A stretch of DNA of 64,000 nt from Tubiluchus corallicola (GCA_030141605.1 JAQGDQ010000178.1:62001-126000); one strand, 5' to 3'; shown: positions 1-13,729, counted from the stretch's first letter. Translations and numbers: made by a program. Notes: a model not told the origin generated them from the letters alone.

Positions 1-412
1 ATCTAAAAATATAGAGACAATTATTATACGGAGTTATTTGCTGACAGTTTGTATATACTTTTGCATAGGAGCGCGGCCCGTACTAGACGTTTTTGAGACA
101 ATTAGGCGATTGATTCTACATTACTGTGAGTCTAATACACGACATATACTGTATTAGTATAGTATCGGAAAATAAGGACATTCGGCAAACCGAGAAATGA
201 GCGTATTACTGTTATAAAATTTTTCAAGTCAAAATTTAGCCAAAAGCAATGATGTTGGCCGTTTTTTCATTTTGCATATCTTATATTTGCTAATTTAACT
301 GTTCGTGAACAAAATGTTTGTAACACTTTTGGTAGCTCGTACTTTACTGTCTTTGACATAAAAAGGTAAATCTTTTATTATGGACATCCGCTTTGCAATT
401 ATTAATTAGTAA

Positions 413-556
<144 letters not shown>

Positions 557-1384
557 TAACTTTGCAACTTCTTTTTAGTGATACGTTCTTAGACATATTT
601 TACACTTAGTCATTGCTGCTTTCCAACTTGATGTTGGTGATTAATTGCTTACATCAGTCTTGTCAGTGAGGCAAGGCCAAATCAACGTGTATTGTTGCCA
701 TAAAGACACCCAGCCCCGGCTCACTCCTTTGCCCCATGTCATCAGGTGCAGGTTTTGCTGCTCAAGGCATATGTATTATGCGACATTATATATATAAAAC
801 GAATTTCATTGCTATATATATTCCGCTTAAAAGCTTTATTGACGTCAAAATGAAATTTTAGTTTGATAAATAAGCTGTGGCCACTTGCATGAGTCATTGA
901 TCATGAAACTTCCTGCTCTGGAATGTGAGCTAATGGCTGTTTCAGATGTTGTGGTTACAACTGTAAATAGAGCAGGCAATAAAGTGAAAACATGGTGACA
1001 AAAAGATGACGACTGTACTATAATGCTATGTAATTATATGAAAAATAACTCAGCCAAGGTGTCTCATCTCCTGTAGCACTCTACCTCACATTTTAAACCG
1101 TGAAAGACTGGTTATGTTTTTAACGTAACATACTTTTATTAAAATTTCAACTTTTTTAAGTTTTTTTTGCCATCTTGGCGCTCAGAACACGTGCTTAGTC
1201 TGCTTATGCACTAATCCGCTCCTGCAGGTTGCAAGTGGAATTCTAGATTCTGGTCACTCACAGGATTTTCTCATTTTGTCTGTAGAAGCTGATTGGTGTT
1301 TGACCTCAGGTTTACGTACTTCTGCATGTTACGTATGTCAATGAATTTGCTTTCTAATTCCGAAATGTTTTTTTTACTTTTCAG

Positions 1385-1391
1385 ATATTAA
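1385..1391 (+). CDS. AHCYL1/2: AHCYL last coding exon (completes R-Y-stop), followed by a long 3' UTR
   Basis: Polypyrimidine tract plus tttcag|A TAT TAA completes AG|A (Arg), Tyr, stop, giving the expected ...YYRY* end. Confidence 0.85.
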
Positions 1392-3662
1392 CATCACACA
1401 GGAGCATAAATTGTGCATTTACTTGGAGGGAAGACAGATAGACACACAGGAAAAGAGAGAGAACATGAAAATTTATTGACACTGTACATATTAAAAAACG
1501 TTTAAATAGTGAATTTTCCCATAGTTTTCTCTATTTACTCTACTACCGAGTTGAGTTTATTCATTGTTTATAAGCAATCTTTTTTGCATTTGAGTTTGTT
1601 TCTATATCAGTATTGCCAGACAAGTTACAGCTAGCCTTTGGGCATTTGGTGCCCTGATAAATGATTTTGTTCGTGAAATTTTGGGTAACTTGGTTTATAA
1701 GACCATCAGTAACATAGTCAGTCGTACGTGCTGCCATCTATGTGGGTGTTTTGGTAGATTGTGCATCATGCTACATTAGGCGGATAGGCAGGCAGTTCCT
1801 TGCATTTTCTTTCTGTTCTTTAAAACTACGTGCACAGCATGCACTGATTTTTCATTGTGCTGATGTGTTTAGCTTTGCTGAAATGCCCAGGTTTTTAACT
1901 TAGAAAAAAATGAAAATATCCTGAAAGTTCTTTAAGTACATTATTATTTGTGTAAGTAATGGGGCAATACAAACATTACTTGATGCTCCTGGTGCATGGA
2001 GGCTTTTTGTTAGTCGATTTTGAATTCGCAGTGCTGCAAGTTGGAAGTGTTTTAAAATTTTATTGTACTTATTTGTTTTCATTTCAATTTATTGGTTAGA
2101 TTAGAGTGATTTAAAGTAGGTATTTAATCTAAAACTCAAAAATTGCTTTCTTGTAAGGTGAGATCTTTTCTAAGCAGAGTTCAGGAGATCGTGTGATATT
2201 TTCTGTTTATTATTCAGTGTTAACACACTACAAAAATAAAATGCTGTGTCACTTGATTAATCTTAATTCATTTACTGGTTCAGATGCTACTTCAAAAAGT
2301 GATGAAGTCAGAATGTGAATTTCTGTTCAGTTATACACTTATCCGTTGGCAACCAACCCAACACTTTCGTTAACACTTGCTTAATTTTCTTACGTGGTAA
2401 AAACCATGTTACTCTCATAACTGCCAAAGCAGCTGGAAAATTTAGTATAAAACAACAAAATTTATTTTTCTTTGTTGCTAGTAATTATTGACTGAGTTTC
2501 TTATTTTGTAAATAATTATTCTTATTTCGTTGGATTGAGTAGCTAGCTTCTTATTTTGCGACTTTTTCATAAAGTCGCCTTTGCCGTGACCAGCAGTGTC
2601 TGTTGCGTATGACAGTGTCTGCAGCAAATTTACCGAGGGAATTTCTAACCAAGTTGCTTGTTATTTTGGCTAATAACTTTACTTTCTAGCTGCAGATGAA
2701 TTTCGTAATAAGCTCAAAAGTTTTTGTAAATTGATTGTTGTTACATTGATAATATGATTTGGGTCAGTTATCTTGGGATGGAATTGCAAATGCATTTTGT
2801 TTTTTTAAGTACTAATGCGATTTGGCAGTTTATTATTTTGGCTTGCTTTGTAAAAATGGTGCATTTACATTAAACCGTTTTGCAGTGTTGTAAATAAATA
2901 ATTTGATAATTTGCTTATTCACTACTGCTAACACCATCGACAGTCGGTTAATCAAAAAGAAGCTGTACCATTTTATGGGGTTAAGTTTTGTGATTGCTGT
3001 TACAAGTTTGTACATTTTTACGATTTGTGCTGAAACCCGTGGCTGTTGTGATCCACGAAAAACAGTTATTTTCAGCTTGTTATTTGGGGGTGGGGCCATA
3101 GAGTTAGGGTGGGCTTCCGATAAAATTATTACTGGTGGTGTGGAGTATTTTTCGCTAACCAATTATTGTGCAAGAGTTCTTGTCCTTATGTAATTTACTA
3201 ACATAAGTTTGTGTTTTTTGCAAGCAATGAAAGGATTATATATGGTTCGTATAATTGTGATTCTGGGAACCCTGTAATGCAGGTAATAGATCTCTATTAA
3301 TTGATTGGTGCGCAAGTGGAAAGGATTAGAAAAAGAGGACATTTTCTTCAATATTTTGTGATGTGTCTTTACTGGTCCCAAGATGGCTGCCATAACCGGG
3401 TTATTGCCTTACTTGGCTGGCAGGTATTATTAGCACTGGCTGGTGGCAATTCCTGGGGGTGCATGCTTTTCTTGGGACTGTTTAATAAACTTGAATAATT
3501 AGGAAATTATGACATAGGACTTGCTCTGTCATCGTTAAAAGTAATAATATCTCATGTTAGAAAATAACTTCTTCTTGTGTTTTTTCTCACCTGAATTACT
3601 CGTACAAAGACTTGACAATTAAACACAAAATCATTTTGAATGGTTAGCAGAATAACTACTGG

Positions 3663-3680
3663 TTTATTACAAGAAATAAA
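3663..3680. terminator. Adjacent opposing poly(A) signals
   Basis: tttatt (AATAAA on -) at 3663-3668 and aataaa on + at 3675-3680, between the convergent AHCYL and RIB43A genes. Confidence 0.45.
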
Positions 3681-4379
3681 CTATTGAATGGTTTGCATTC
3701 GTATAGTAACTGCACTTAGTAATAATAACAGTAAAATATATTATAGTATCACAGCAAGATATATGCATTTAGTAAAACATGGATAATATACTTCACAAAC
3801 TGATTAAGCGGCTACATTCTGTGCATGCTAGGTTTCAGTATAAGTTTACATAATATAGATCTGCTCTTTATCAATGAGGTGATCTTTACTCCTTCCTATG
3901 TAAAATTCTCATCCAGGGTGACACTACATTATATTATATTGCTTGAAAAACGAGACTAATAGATGATTCCACGCTCCAAGTTCAGTGAAAAGCCAATGAG
4001 AAAATTTGAATATAGAAATAACTTCCACTGGTATGTATATGTAGCAGTTGTAATCCTAGACTGGAGTGATGTAGTAAGCTTTGTATTTCGAAATTGTCCT
4101 GCCATGCAATGGTGCACAATTTGACGTTTGTTTGAGGATAATTATACTACATATGCTTGAGTATCACACTAGAAGTCACTAGTGCCTTGTGGAAGCAGGA
4201 TATGTAACATAATTTCAGTAGAAATTTTAAAACTGTAGTAAACTTGGTTTAGTAAAAGTTTCGGTAGGTGGCAGCACAAATGTCACGCAATACTTCAAAA
4301 AAGATAAAAAGCAGTGAAATGAAAACTTGCCCATCTTCGTTACAAATCTCCTCCTGACAGAACAGTTCTGTTTAGAACT

Positions 4380-4524
4380 TCATCGTGAAGACGTGCCAAA
4401 TTGATTGAAGAAAGCTTCTGTTGGTACGTTTGTGTACGTTTCATTGTACAGCCGTTTCAGTCGCCGTTGCTGTTCCTCTGCCAGTAATTTGTTTTGTTCT
4501 GCCTGTGCTCGTGCCGTCTCCTTC
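4380..4524 (-). CDS. RIBC: RIB43A-like exon 8 (last)
   Basis: KETARAQAEQNKLLAEEQQRRLKRLYNETYTNVPTEAFFNQFGTSSR*; hallmark YTN-PT--(Y/F)F-QF-T-SR end; the 8 exons sum to 1107 nt (368 aa plus stop). Confidence 0.95.
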
Positions 4525-5044
4525 CTACAACAGGCAACAAGTATATTGTTTACAATGTCAGTTTAATGGGTAACCAGGCAAGTTGAAAATTACTGAAACA
4601 GAACTGTGAAATATAAGAAATTTCACAAAAATGTTCGAAACGGGCACAGTAAAGTTCATTATAATGAAATAGGTAAAAATGTGTTCATCGAGTATTAAGA
4701 ACTTGCAACTATCTTATATGTGTTTAAAGAGAGTTCGGAGAAATTTACTTGTGATTATGTTACATAATATCTTGCTTGAAAATTCTTGTCTAAAAAAATA
4801 ACTCCATGGGATCTAACTAGTAACACGTGTCACACATGGCTGAAATCAGTTAAATTCAGCTACAATTTATCTAAATGTGGCTACGCCTTCCAGCAAATAT
4901 GTATCTTATTTCTGGTTAATATCTTTTGAATGGTGGTCGTCAGCTGTCAGAGTACAAAGCTATAGAAAAAACAATCCAAATAAGCAAGCAAATTGATAAA
5001 CGAGCAAACTTACAGAGACATTACCACCAGCTCGTGTATACTGA

Positions 5045-5730
5045 GTTAATTGTATGCTTGCATAGCAAAATCGTCCATAAGTCGGCAACTAGTTATTCAC
5101 ATGTGCTGAATCTCCATTTCATGAGGATCATTTTGATACCAAGTTGATCGCTCTATGTTATTTCTAACCTGAGGTAATCCACGTTGAATTTGAGGTGCAG
5201 GCTGCTCATTGAAAATCGTACTTAGAGAAAACTTTTGTTTTATGTCGCGTTTCTGCAAAACACTTAGCAACCGTACAAAAGTGTGGTTGCAAAGTCCTTA
5301 GCAACCGTACAAAAGTGTGGTTGCTATGGACTTTGCAAGAATACATTGACGATATGTTTAAATCCAGTAGATGGCTTTTTCTGACAAAGATCTGAACTTG
5401 GCAACAGAAAAACTTGAAGCAAAATGAGTACTTCAACGAGCTACTAATGAAGTTTGAAAAACGAGTTTTTTTTTTACAATTGCAGTACTAGTTTTTAGGA
5501 AGAGAAGTGGGTACAGGGTTAAAATTAGATTTTTAGTATTTTTTAACATTTTCTCGATGATTTCATTCTAGAATATAAAAGTCTAATATATTTAGCATTT
5601 GTTTTTGTAAAAAAAACTGACATTTGACCAGATTTTTACTGCATTCTATTTTGAAAGCATCATACCGTAGTTTCAACCATGTCGACTTATGGACGGTTTT
5701 GTTTTGCAAGCAAACAATTAATGAATTAAA
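5045..5730. mobile_element. MITE-like element with long inverted arms in the last RIB43A intron
   Basis: ttaattgtatgcttgcatagcaaaatcgtccataagtcg (~5046-5083) is an imperfect reverse complement of cgacttatggacggttttgttttgcaagcaaacaattaa (~5683-5721); internal 28-bp duplication near 5263-5324. Confidence 0.6.
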
Positions 5731-5753
5731 TATCTCTAAAGAATAATGGTCAC

Positions 5754-5857
5754 CTTTTGTTATTGTTTCTCCAGTCTTCATTGTTAGCTTTTTTGCTAGA
5801 CTCAGTCATAAATCTATCCCATGCCTGTGACTCTTTTAGTTCAGCTTCTTTCATTTG
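5754..5857 (-). CDS. RIBC: RIB43A-like exon 7
   Basis: ttgtag|QMKEAELKESQAWDRFMTESSKKANNEDWRNNNK(R)|gtgacc; phase 0 to 2. Confidence 0.85.
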
Positions 5858-6149
5858 CTACAAAGACACTGACAAGTATTAGTGTATAATAATTTTAATT
5901 ATAACAGAGTTTGAATCTAATTTTTATTACTTTTTCCTATTATGATTACTATTAGTATTATTATCATCATCATCATCATCATCATCAATATCATCATTAT
6001 CATTATTATTCCAAATATTCATGATCAGGCAGATATAAAAATATTCTTTAACATTTCATGGAAAAAATGCATAACAAAGATACAATATGCACGTAAAAAT
6101 TAAAATAATTCCAAGCTAGAAGTAATAAGAACGACTACACAGATTATTT

Positions 6150-6700
6150 ATTGTAATATTAAAATGCAAACTTAAAATTACCAGCAAAGAATTTAATTTT
6201 ATCTGTCAAGCATCAACTTATTTTCATATCACACAATATTAGTTTAAAATTGTGGGATTTAATGCAAAAAGTTTTGTCGTGCAGGAAGTGTAGGACATTA
6301 AAAAAACTTTAGGTTAAACACTGAATACGCAGATTTTCTTTTTTTAAGTTCTGATTCATTTTAACTCATTTGGCATTGAGTTCCAAAGCCTACGGGCAGT
6401 AATGATAATTTGTCTTCACAAATGACACATTCGGTTGTTTGGAATGATTAAAAACTAGCATTCTCAGATCTTAAAGGGAATACCAGTCCTGGTCTGTTCC
6501 AACAAACATGCCACAAATATAGGAAACTAGCATTAGCTTTGAAGGCAGTTAACATTGTTTTAAATTAAGTTCTAAAGGAGATTGGCAAATGTAAAATAAA
6601 TCATTCGAAGCTGGCGTAAAACCATATAACTGATCAGAAGTCTTTTGGGTGCTAGATGGATTTTCTAAATGGCACATAGCAATTAGTTGCGATTTCCACC
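6150..6700 (-). mobile_element. Decayed CR1/L2-type LINE 3' fragment
   Basis: Minus-strand ...TARRLWNSMPNELK (LWNSLP-type motif) near 6360-6400; boundaries approximate. Confidence 0.5.
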
Positions 6701-7107
6701 AGTAATAAAAGCATGAAATATCGTTTTAACATTTTGTTTTAACATTTTAGCTGTTACTTTCAGCTGACGAGGCCTGCTAGGGCAAAGGCTACTGAATAAA
6801 TATTATAACCTTTGAGACCATAAAGGGCAGTACTTTTTTCAATGTTTCGCTTGTAGTCAATGTCACTAGTAGTAAAATTTTACTGATTTGTCTTAGCTTG
6901 TCCAACTGTGAATGAATCTTACTGCCAACCTCCATGGAAGGCTCATTACTTTGTTCCAAAGGTATATAATACATTTCAAACTTGGCTAATGAGATGAATA
7001 TCAGGCCAAACAATTACGACGAACTTTAGAAACATCGGGAAAGAAGCAATGACAATATTTTAGGATGCAACTTGCTGATAAGATGTTACTATATATAAAT
7101 ATTTTGA

Positions 7108-7371
7108 ACCAGATGGTTTAGTCTAATGGTAACATGTTTGCTTTCCATCTGAGAGGTCGTGAGTTCGAACCAGCGGCCGGGTCATGCCAAAGACTTTAAA
7201 AATGGTACCTGCTGTTGCCCTGCCTGACGAGTGGTATTTAGGGTAAAAGTGGGGTAATGTCTCTGTTGTGTAGTTGTAGGTTGTTATTTACAGTCGGCGA
7301 TAATAGCTCTTTGAGCTAATGTTAATTGTTGACACAAAAGCCGACTTTAAATAAAGATTTTTATTATTATT
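7108..7371 (+). mobile_element. tRNA-derived SINE (core resembles Meta/MESC-type domain)
   Basis: A-box-like tggtttagtctaatgg, B-box gagttcgaacc, core gggtcatgccaaagactttaaaaatggtacctgctg, tail aaataaag(att)n; family assignment from memory. Confidence 0.75.
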
Positions 7372-7589
7372 AAATGATTGTAGTTGATTATAATATGATT
7401 TATAAATGACTTAAATGAAAAGCTAGGGGTCATCTTTAAGAACAAGGAAGATGACGACAGATTATTTCAACAAGGACAGTCTTTACACGAAACAGGAGAT
7501 GAATCTTGTTATACTCCTCATTTGACCTGACACTACTATAGAGACTTGATGAGAAAACGAAATCTATAAATGGCAGTAACTCGATTTAC

Positions 7590-7802
7590 CTGTCTTTCTA
7601 CCCGTTGTGCTTCTTGCGTTTTGCGTATTTCGGTTAGCTCATCGGGAGTCATGCCACGCCAGCGGTCAACAGCTACGCGGTGGATTCCTAGAGCACTCCG
7701 TACATTGTCGCCCTCACCGAGCATGTCACAGTGCATCTCTTTCACATTTTCTTCTAACTCCTTCAACTGCTTCTGCCTCTCTGCATCTTTCTTTTGCTTC
7801 AC
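7590..7802 (-). CDS. RIBC: RIB43A-like exon 6
   Basis: VKQKKDAERQ...SALGIHRVAVDRWRGMTPDELTEIRKTQEAQRVERQ|gtaaat; DRW(K/R)GM motif; 213 bp. Confidence 0.93.
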
Positions 7803-8739
7803 CTGGCAAAAGCATCCACTTTAAGAATTAACAAATTATATGTGGTAGTTGCTTTAGATTCATGCACTTTATGTCAATGATGCCGGAAAGAAAACCTAAA
7901 TAACTGTTTTTCAAAAAATCTGTTACATACATGGATATATATACATGTTTTTTAAAGTATATATAAAATATAAATATATTACTATATTAAATTTCGTAAT
8001 CAATATCATTAGCATAAAAATCTTCATTCATTAGAGTTTGTCATTAGCGTTTTTAGTGCGCATTTGTAAAACTGCACCCATCTGGAACAAAGTTGTTTCT
8101 TGACATTCACGAATGATTGTGACTTAAATGGTTTAGAAGATTCTTGATTCCGTTCCCACAGGTTTGAATGTGTAATTAACCGGCCAATGTGGTCCAGCAT
8201 TTTTAGTCTTCATTATTTTGCTGTTAAGTTACAGAAAAAACTGCGTCATTTTAGACCATATTACATTGTGCTACTGTTACAACGTGTCTTGTAGTTACAA
8301 TAAATGGAATGAATTGATCAATAACACAAAAGCTTAAATTATGGACATGGTTGTCAGGAAAGTACATATAAAACTTGTTAGGTCTTTCATTTCAACATCA
8401 AATTTTGCTATTGTAAAAAGCACAACAAATTAAATTAACAACATAGAAGACAACTGCATTTCAAGCAAATCAGTTTCAAATTAAAGCACCCTGCAAGTTT
8501 TTTAAAAAATTATAATGTTTGTTGAATCTCAGTTTCTTAAACCAGCATAACGATAAACAGCATTGGTCAGTGTACTGAGGTTTTCATCAATTTAAGCTAA
8601 GCAATCGATTTTTATTCATTTTTCTCTCAGTTCAGTTCTCGGTGTGCAGACAGGCTGGTGAACATCGTTAAATTGTTTTAATTAACTAAGCTGAAAAAAA
8701 CTGCTAAACCACTAATTAAACTGGACAATGTGAACTAAC

Positions 8740-8883
8740 CATCTCATGATTAAAATCTTTCTGTGCAACATTCATTGCTCTTTGGCAATGATCCTCTGCA
8801 AGTTGTAGCTCCTCTGCTTGCTTCTGTAACTGCTTTAGTTTCCTCTGGTACATGGCTTCCTTTTCTTGTTCGTATGTCTTTGC
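8740..8883 (-). CDS. RIBC: RIB43A-like exon 5
   Basis: ctaacag|AKTYEQEKEAMYQRKLKQ...AQKDFNHEM|gttagt; 144 bp, coiled-coil-like. Confidence 0.9.
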
Positions 8884-9409
8884 CTGTTAGCGATTCAGAT
8901 ATAGCACTGACTAGACCATAATTTTATTACATTAAAATAACACAATATTAAGATAATGATAATTTTGTTAACTCATGACTGTGTGAGTGTATGACTGTAG
9001 TAATTCATTACTTATTACAACAATCACTTCAGTTGCAGACTAACTTGTGAGTTACTGTTGTGAACTGCTTTGTGAGTTACTGTTGGCGAGCGATTGGAAA
9101 CTCTCTGACACTAACTGAATACGCCTGCGAGTTACTTGGCATGTAACTTGTAGGAAAACATTCTAGAACCACCTGGAGTGTGAGTTGGAGGGAAACTTAT
9201 AACTCTGGGAAAAGGAAAAACCACCCTACTGGATGATGTTGGGTTCTTTTACAAACACCTTTATCAGGATGAATGGTCAGGAGTTAATTTGGAGGAACAT
9301 TTTTCTGGATAACCTTGTATACTGAGAACACGAAGTGCTACATATTTGCTCAAAACTAAAAATGTGCATTAATTACAATTATGATATTGTGCATTGTCTA
9401 CTGACAAAA

Positions 9410-9783
9410 TAGGGCTATGTTATAAGCTTTTGGGACCCCTAGGCTAATGCAATTATGGGACCCCTAGGACAGAGCCACCCGCTAGCTCGCCCACACCCGC
9501 CTTGAATATTTCTTATTCATGATATATTTTAGCAACATTTACATAGCGTGAAATGAACTTATTGCAAATTCTTCAAATAAACTAGAATAACTATTTTCTT
9601 TGTCAATAAAATATTCTTTAAGAAATACTACTACTTTATTATTTATTGCAAACCAAATTAGCATATATTTCCATTGCGAAAGTACAGATTTTCTTACCAA
9701 ATGATACTAAAGTACGATGGCCTCCAAGCACGAGGGGCCCCTGGACTGCAGCCTATACCAGCCTATAGGACAACCTGGCCCTG
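9410..9783. mobile_element. Degenerate hAT-like MITE
   Basis: Ends tagggcta... and ...tggccctg with internal gggacccct / ggggcccc motifs; no clean TSD. Confidence 0.45.
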
Positions 9784-9918
9784 CGCATACAGGATAAGGA
9801 CAATAAATTTGTGGATGGACAAGCTTACTGAAGAGTAAAATGATGAGCATGCAATTGCAATAATATAAAAATAATAAAAATGTGCATTAGCAGAAGGACA
9901 AAAAGCAAATTAAGTTAC

Positions 9919-10024
9919 CAAATCGTCTTCTTGTTTCTTTTGTTGTGCCCATTCTTTCATTTGCTGCTGCTGCAATTTCTTCCTCTCCTGATAGGCAATA
10001 TCTTCACCTTCAAACACCTGTGCA
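9919..10024 (-). CDS. RIBC: RIB43A-like exon 4
   Basis: SAQVFEGEDIAYQERKKLQQQQMKEWAQQKKQEDDL|gtaact; conserved Q-F-GED motif; phase 2 to 0. Confidence 0.92.
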
Positions 10025-10039
10025 CTAAGAAATGACAAG

Positions 10040-10430
10040 GTTAAATAGGCAGACCATCATTAGACCTGGAGTGACACACCACATTAACACTGTAGAATGT
10101 TTTGTCCAATAAGAAAAACTTAAATGGGCAGACTGTCATTAGACTTGGGGAGACGCACCACATTAAGACTGTAGAATGTTTTTTCCAATAGGAAACAGTT
10201 AAATGGGCAGACTGTCATTAGACTTGGTGTGACACATCACATTAAGACTGTAGAAGGTTTTTTCCAATAGGAAAAAGTTAAATAGGCTGACTGTCATTAG
10301 CCACTGGATCGACACATTATATTAAGACTGTAGAATGTTTTGTGCAGTAGGAAACAGTTAAATAGGCAGACTGTCATTAGCCACTGGATCGACACATTAC
10401 ATTAAGACTGTAAAATGTTTTGACCAGTAG
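10040..10430. repeat. Minisatellite, 79-bp unit, ~5 copies (RIB43A intron)
   Basis: ttaaat(a/g)ggcagactgtcattag...cacattaagactgtagaatgtttt...aataggaaa recurs every 79 bp. Confidence 0.95.
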
Positions 10431-10907
10431 GGATGTCCTTGAGTGGTCATTGGCTTTGTTTCGGACATACCATCCTTGACAACAATTTTTCTTTACTATT
10501 TGCAATTTCTTCAAAAAAATACATCTGACATTGATGATCAAACATGATTTTTTATAGTATGTGAGCAAGTGATTCAGGAGTATATCAGTAATTCCTATAT
10601 AAATGCACAATTACAAAACTTCAAGACAAGATTACATATCATTCTTGTTATTTGGCTGCACATAAAATGTTTGTTGGCATCCGCATGCCCATATATCATG
10701 AGAAAAATAAGTTACCAAGTACCAAAAAAATTCAGCAGAAACTTTTTTAACCAACATGTACTGCGATGTGTTTCTGGTGATAAAAGATCCACAAAGCAAT
10801 TTGGTTTGGAACTTTAAATTCTAGTCTATACTAGGGTAGTTACCCATTACAATGTGTCTTCTGAAATCAGTCTTTGAAAAAAGTCAGACTGCCATGTAAT
10901 GCCTTAC

Positions 10908-11115
10908 CTGGATATTCCCAAAGAGGGATCAAAGAAGTCAATTGGTTTTGCTTTCTTTTTCGCATCCGGGTCATGTACATCAAACTCTGTGCGCGTTTTT
11001 GGATGCTGGTTCATGCGACGAAACTCGTTAAGTGAACGTTTCATTTCCCTGTCTTGCAGTCGCTCCTTTGTCTGAAGTTCATTAAACAGTCCCTCCTGCT
11101 TTCTGAGATATGCAG
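10908..11115 (-). CDS. RIBC: RIB43A-like exon 3
   Basis: AAYLRKQEGLFNE...QHPKTRTEFDVHDPDAKKK...LGIS|gtaag; contains the R-EFD--DP motif; phase 1 to 2. Confidence 0.92.
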
Positions 11116-12345
11116 CTAAAAAAGTATGGCAGACATGATACATTGCAACAAACAGATTATCTTAGAAACTGTAGACAACTATACAGCAGACAAAGGCAAT
11201 AACTTACTATGGCTGGCTCTATGCCATTACACTAGGACAGCAAAGTATTGTTAGCTGCAGTCTTTATTCTGACTTAAACAGACATATATGTACAGGCTTG
11301 GCTTAGGAGCACTTGTAAATGTTAAAGGGGAAGAAAAGCGATTTTTAAAGTGTCTAAAAAACTTTCAATACAAAGTTATATTACTTAGCATTATGCTTAC
11401 TTGTTAGAAAGACTTAAGTAATTGGAAAGCAAAATTTTTAATAGTTTAAAAATGTACAAGCCACCTGGTAAAAGAGCACTGCATCACCATCCCAGTGTGC
11501 ACCACTGATTCACCAGCAGCACTGCATCACCATCCCAGCGAGCACCACTCATTTGCCAAAAACTACATTAGTGATGTTATTGACAAGAGAATGTGAAGAG
11601 TGTGCTACGAATGCTATTATTACTTTTTCAAATTTTACACAATGTTATCTAAACTTGTAGCAAATGACTTACGTTAAAATGACTGCAGTACATGGCCATC
11701 GCGGGACTTTAAATTTAGAAGTTTTATACAGCATTATTGTCAATGCAAGCTTTGCGTGCAATAACACAGCATGTAAGTGATATAAAATTTCAAAATGAAT
11801 TTTTAAGCTTTATTTATAAAGGGAATTTTCTTGTGCTTTAACCATCGCTGTTGTTCTGATACTTGGAGATAATGCTGTTAGTGGGATAATGATTTTGTAG
11901 TTGGTTGACCTTATTGATCCAGACAAAATCCATAGCATCTAAAGCAACATTTTAGAAGCCTGTCTAATTGCAAAATTGCTTTTAGGGGTTATGGGCTTTT
12001 GCGTGCAACAAATTATATCCATCAAATGCATATGACCTTTTTAGATCAATAATAATTTTAGTAGATGGTTATAATTAACCAAGTGCTTTAAATCTGTTGG
12101 GTTATCATATGTGATAACGTGATATTATTATCATGTTGTGATATCATATGCTATACAAATTAAAAGCAATAATCAAACAATACCTAGGTACAATAGACAA
12201 TACAACAGCACTACATGTATAACATATACTACCACATCTAAATACTCACACGTGAGTATCTCACACGTGACAAAATAGCTTCAGCATTTACAACACAAAC
12301 AACAACAGAAAGCTTTAATATTGCATTGTAGGTTGTTTTACCTAC

Positions 12346-12427
12346 CATAGGCTGCTTCTTCTTGTGCCTCTTCCATTTGCTTCTCTTTTTTCTCCCAAAC
12401 TTGAGCATCTAATGCATGTACATCTGT
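12346..12427 (-). CDS. RIBC: RIB43A-like exon 2
   Basis: ttttag|TDVHALDAQVWEKKEKQMEEAQEEAAY|gtaggt; phase 0 to 1. Confidence 0.88.
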
Positions 12428-13117
12428 CTAAAATAATAACAATGAAGTATTATATTACTTACCTTAAGGCACCATGTAAAAGCTATAATTTGTTGATACA
12501 ACAAAAGTGCACAGTGACCCGAATTATTACAAATTCTGGCATTATATTATATTAGGCCCTACGGATGCATATGGTGTCTGCTTTTGACTAAAAACTTGTC
12601 CTTGCATATTGCGGTACCCACTAAATTTTATTAAAACATCAATAAAAAATGGTCTGCTTCTTGTATTATTACGAGTTATGTCAGTACAGTACGCCTATAT
12701 AAAAACTACATAAAAACATAATGATCTTATAGCACAATCCCAAAATGAGTTTTGGTAACCTAAAATAAGTAAAACGAAACCTTTTGTCTGCTCAAGAAAA
12801 TCCAACATGCACATTTAATAGTATAATTATACATTGTAGCTAATTAAATAACATGGGACTATGATAGTTAGTCTGTTATAATCACTGGCTGAGCTTAAAA
12901 GTCATCACATAAGTTACAAAATTTCAGTACAAACTACAATGCATGTATACTGACCCAGTGACCAAAAAGTTATTAAACAGAGGTAAACGATATTGTAATA
13001 GCCTGACACACCTATGTGCATTTAAATATTCATGGTAACTAGAAGAAAAGTAAAGGCGGCAATCTATTTCTGCTACAATATAGATAAGCAGATGAGATAG
13101 GTGATTCCCAGACTTAC

Positions 13118-13222
13118 ACGTGGTGGACTAAAAATACGTTTTTTCCTTTCCTCTTCTAAAATTCTTCTCCTTTCAATAGCAGCTATCTGCTTCTTGTCAG
13201 CTGGAATGTCCAATTTATACAT
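13118..13222 (-). CDS. RIBC: RIB43A-like (RIBC) microtubule inner protein, exon 1
   Basis: MYKLDIPADKKQIAAIERRRILEEERKKRIFSPPR then |gtaagt; RIB43A-type N-terminus. Confidence 0.9.
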
Positions 13223-13302
13223 TGTAATGCGTGACAAATTGATAGCGAAGTTTTTAACAAAGCAGTTTCACTGTTTTCACAATTCAGCAACAAGACGAAC
13301 GC

Positions 13303-13314
13303 GTTGCTAATGAC
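13303..13314 (-). promoter_or_regulatory. RFX X-box-like motif in the RIB43A promoter
   Basis: gttgctaatgac (minus: GTCATTAGCAAC) about 80 bp upstream of the ATG of a ciliary gene, in a locally CpG-rich patch. Confidence 0.5.
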
Positions 13315-13729
13315 GCCGTTGTTAATACATAGGTCATTGACTTATCTGAGAGCGCCTTCTTTGATTTCAGAGATTTCTCGTGCCCCTCTGCACTGGTGTG
13401 GGCTAACGATAATCATTTGCATGGGCTTTTAAGTAAGTACAGCAATATTTGAAGATCATCCATCCTCACAGCATTCATTCACCGCTATGGCCTGACTGTA
13501 GTGAGTGGCAAAATTGTTATGCTGGCTTGCAAATTTTATGTGAGCAGCGCAGTCAGAGGTTGAGGGCATATTATTTTTCTTCGTTTTGCAGCTTTACAGT
13601 ATTTACACGGTGGCCTCTCTACCATTTCCAGTAGGTTTTCTCTTCTTAATAACGCCAATTTTTTCAGTCCTTGCTTTTATATTCGTGGCTCTTTGTTTTT
13701 TCATTTTCATGTATATCTCTAGATCTATT

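Noticed and set aside
1900-3498. Short ORFs between AHCYL and RIB43A
   Set aside because: They lie in probable 3' UTR sequence, have no recognisable motifs, and mostly use non-ATG starts
6762-6800. Hammerhead-like ctgacga-ggcct...aggc
   Set aside because: Lacks the GAAA after stem II and a stem III/cleavage triplet
7108-7190. Functional tRNA gene
   Set aside because: No proper acceptor stem; runs into a SINE core and tail
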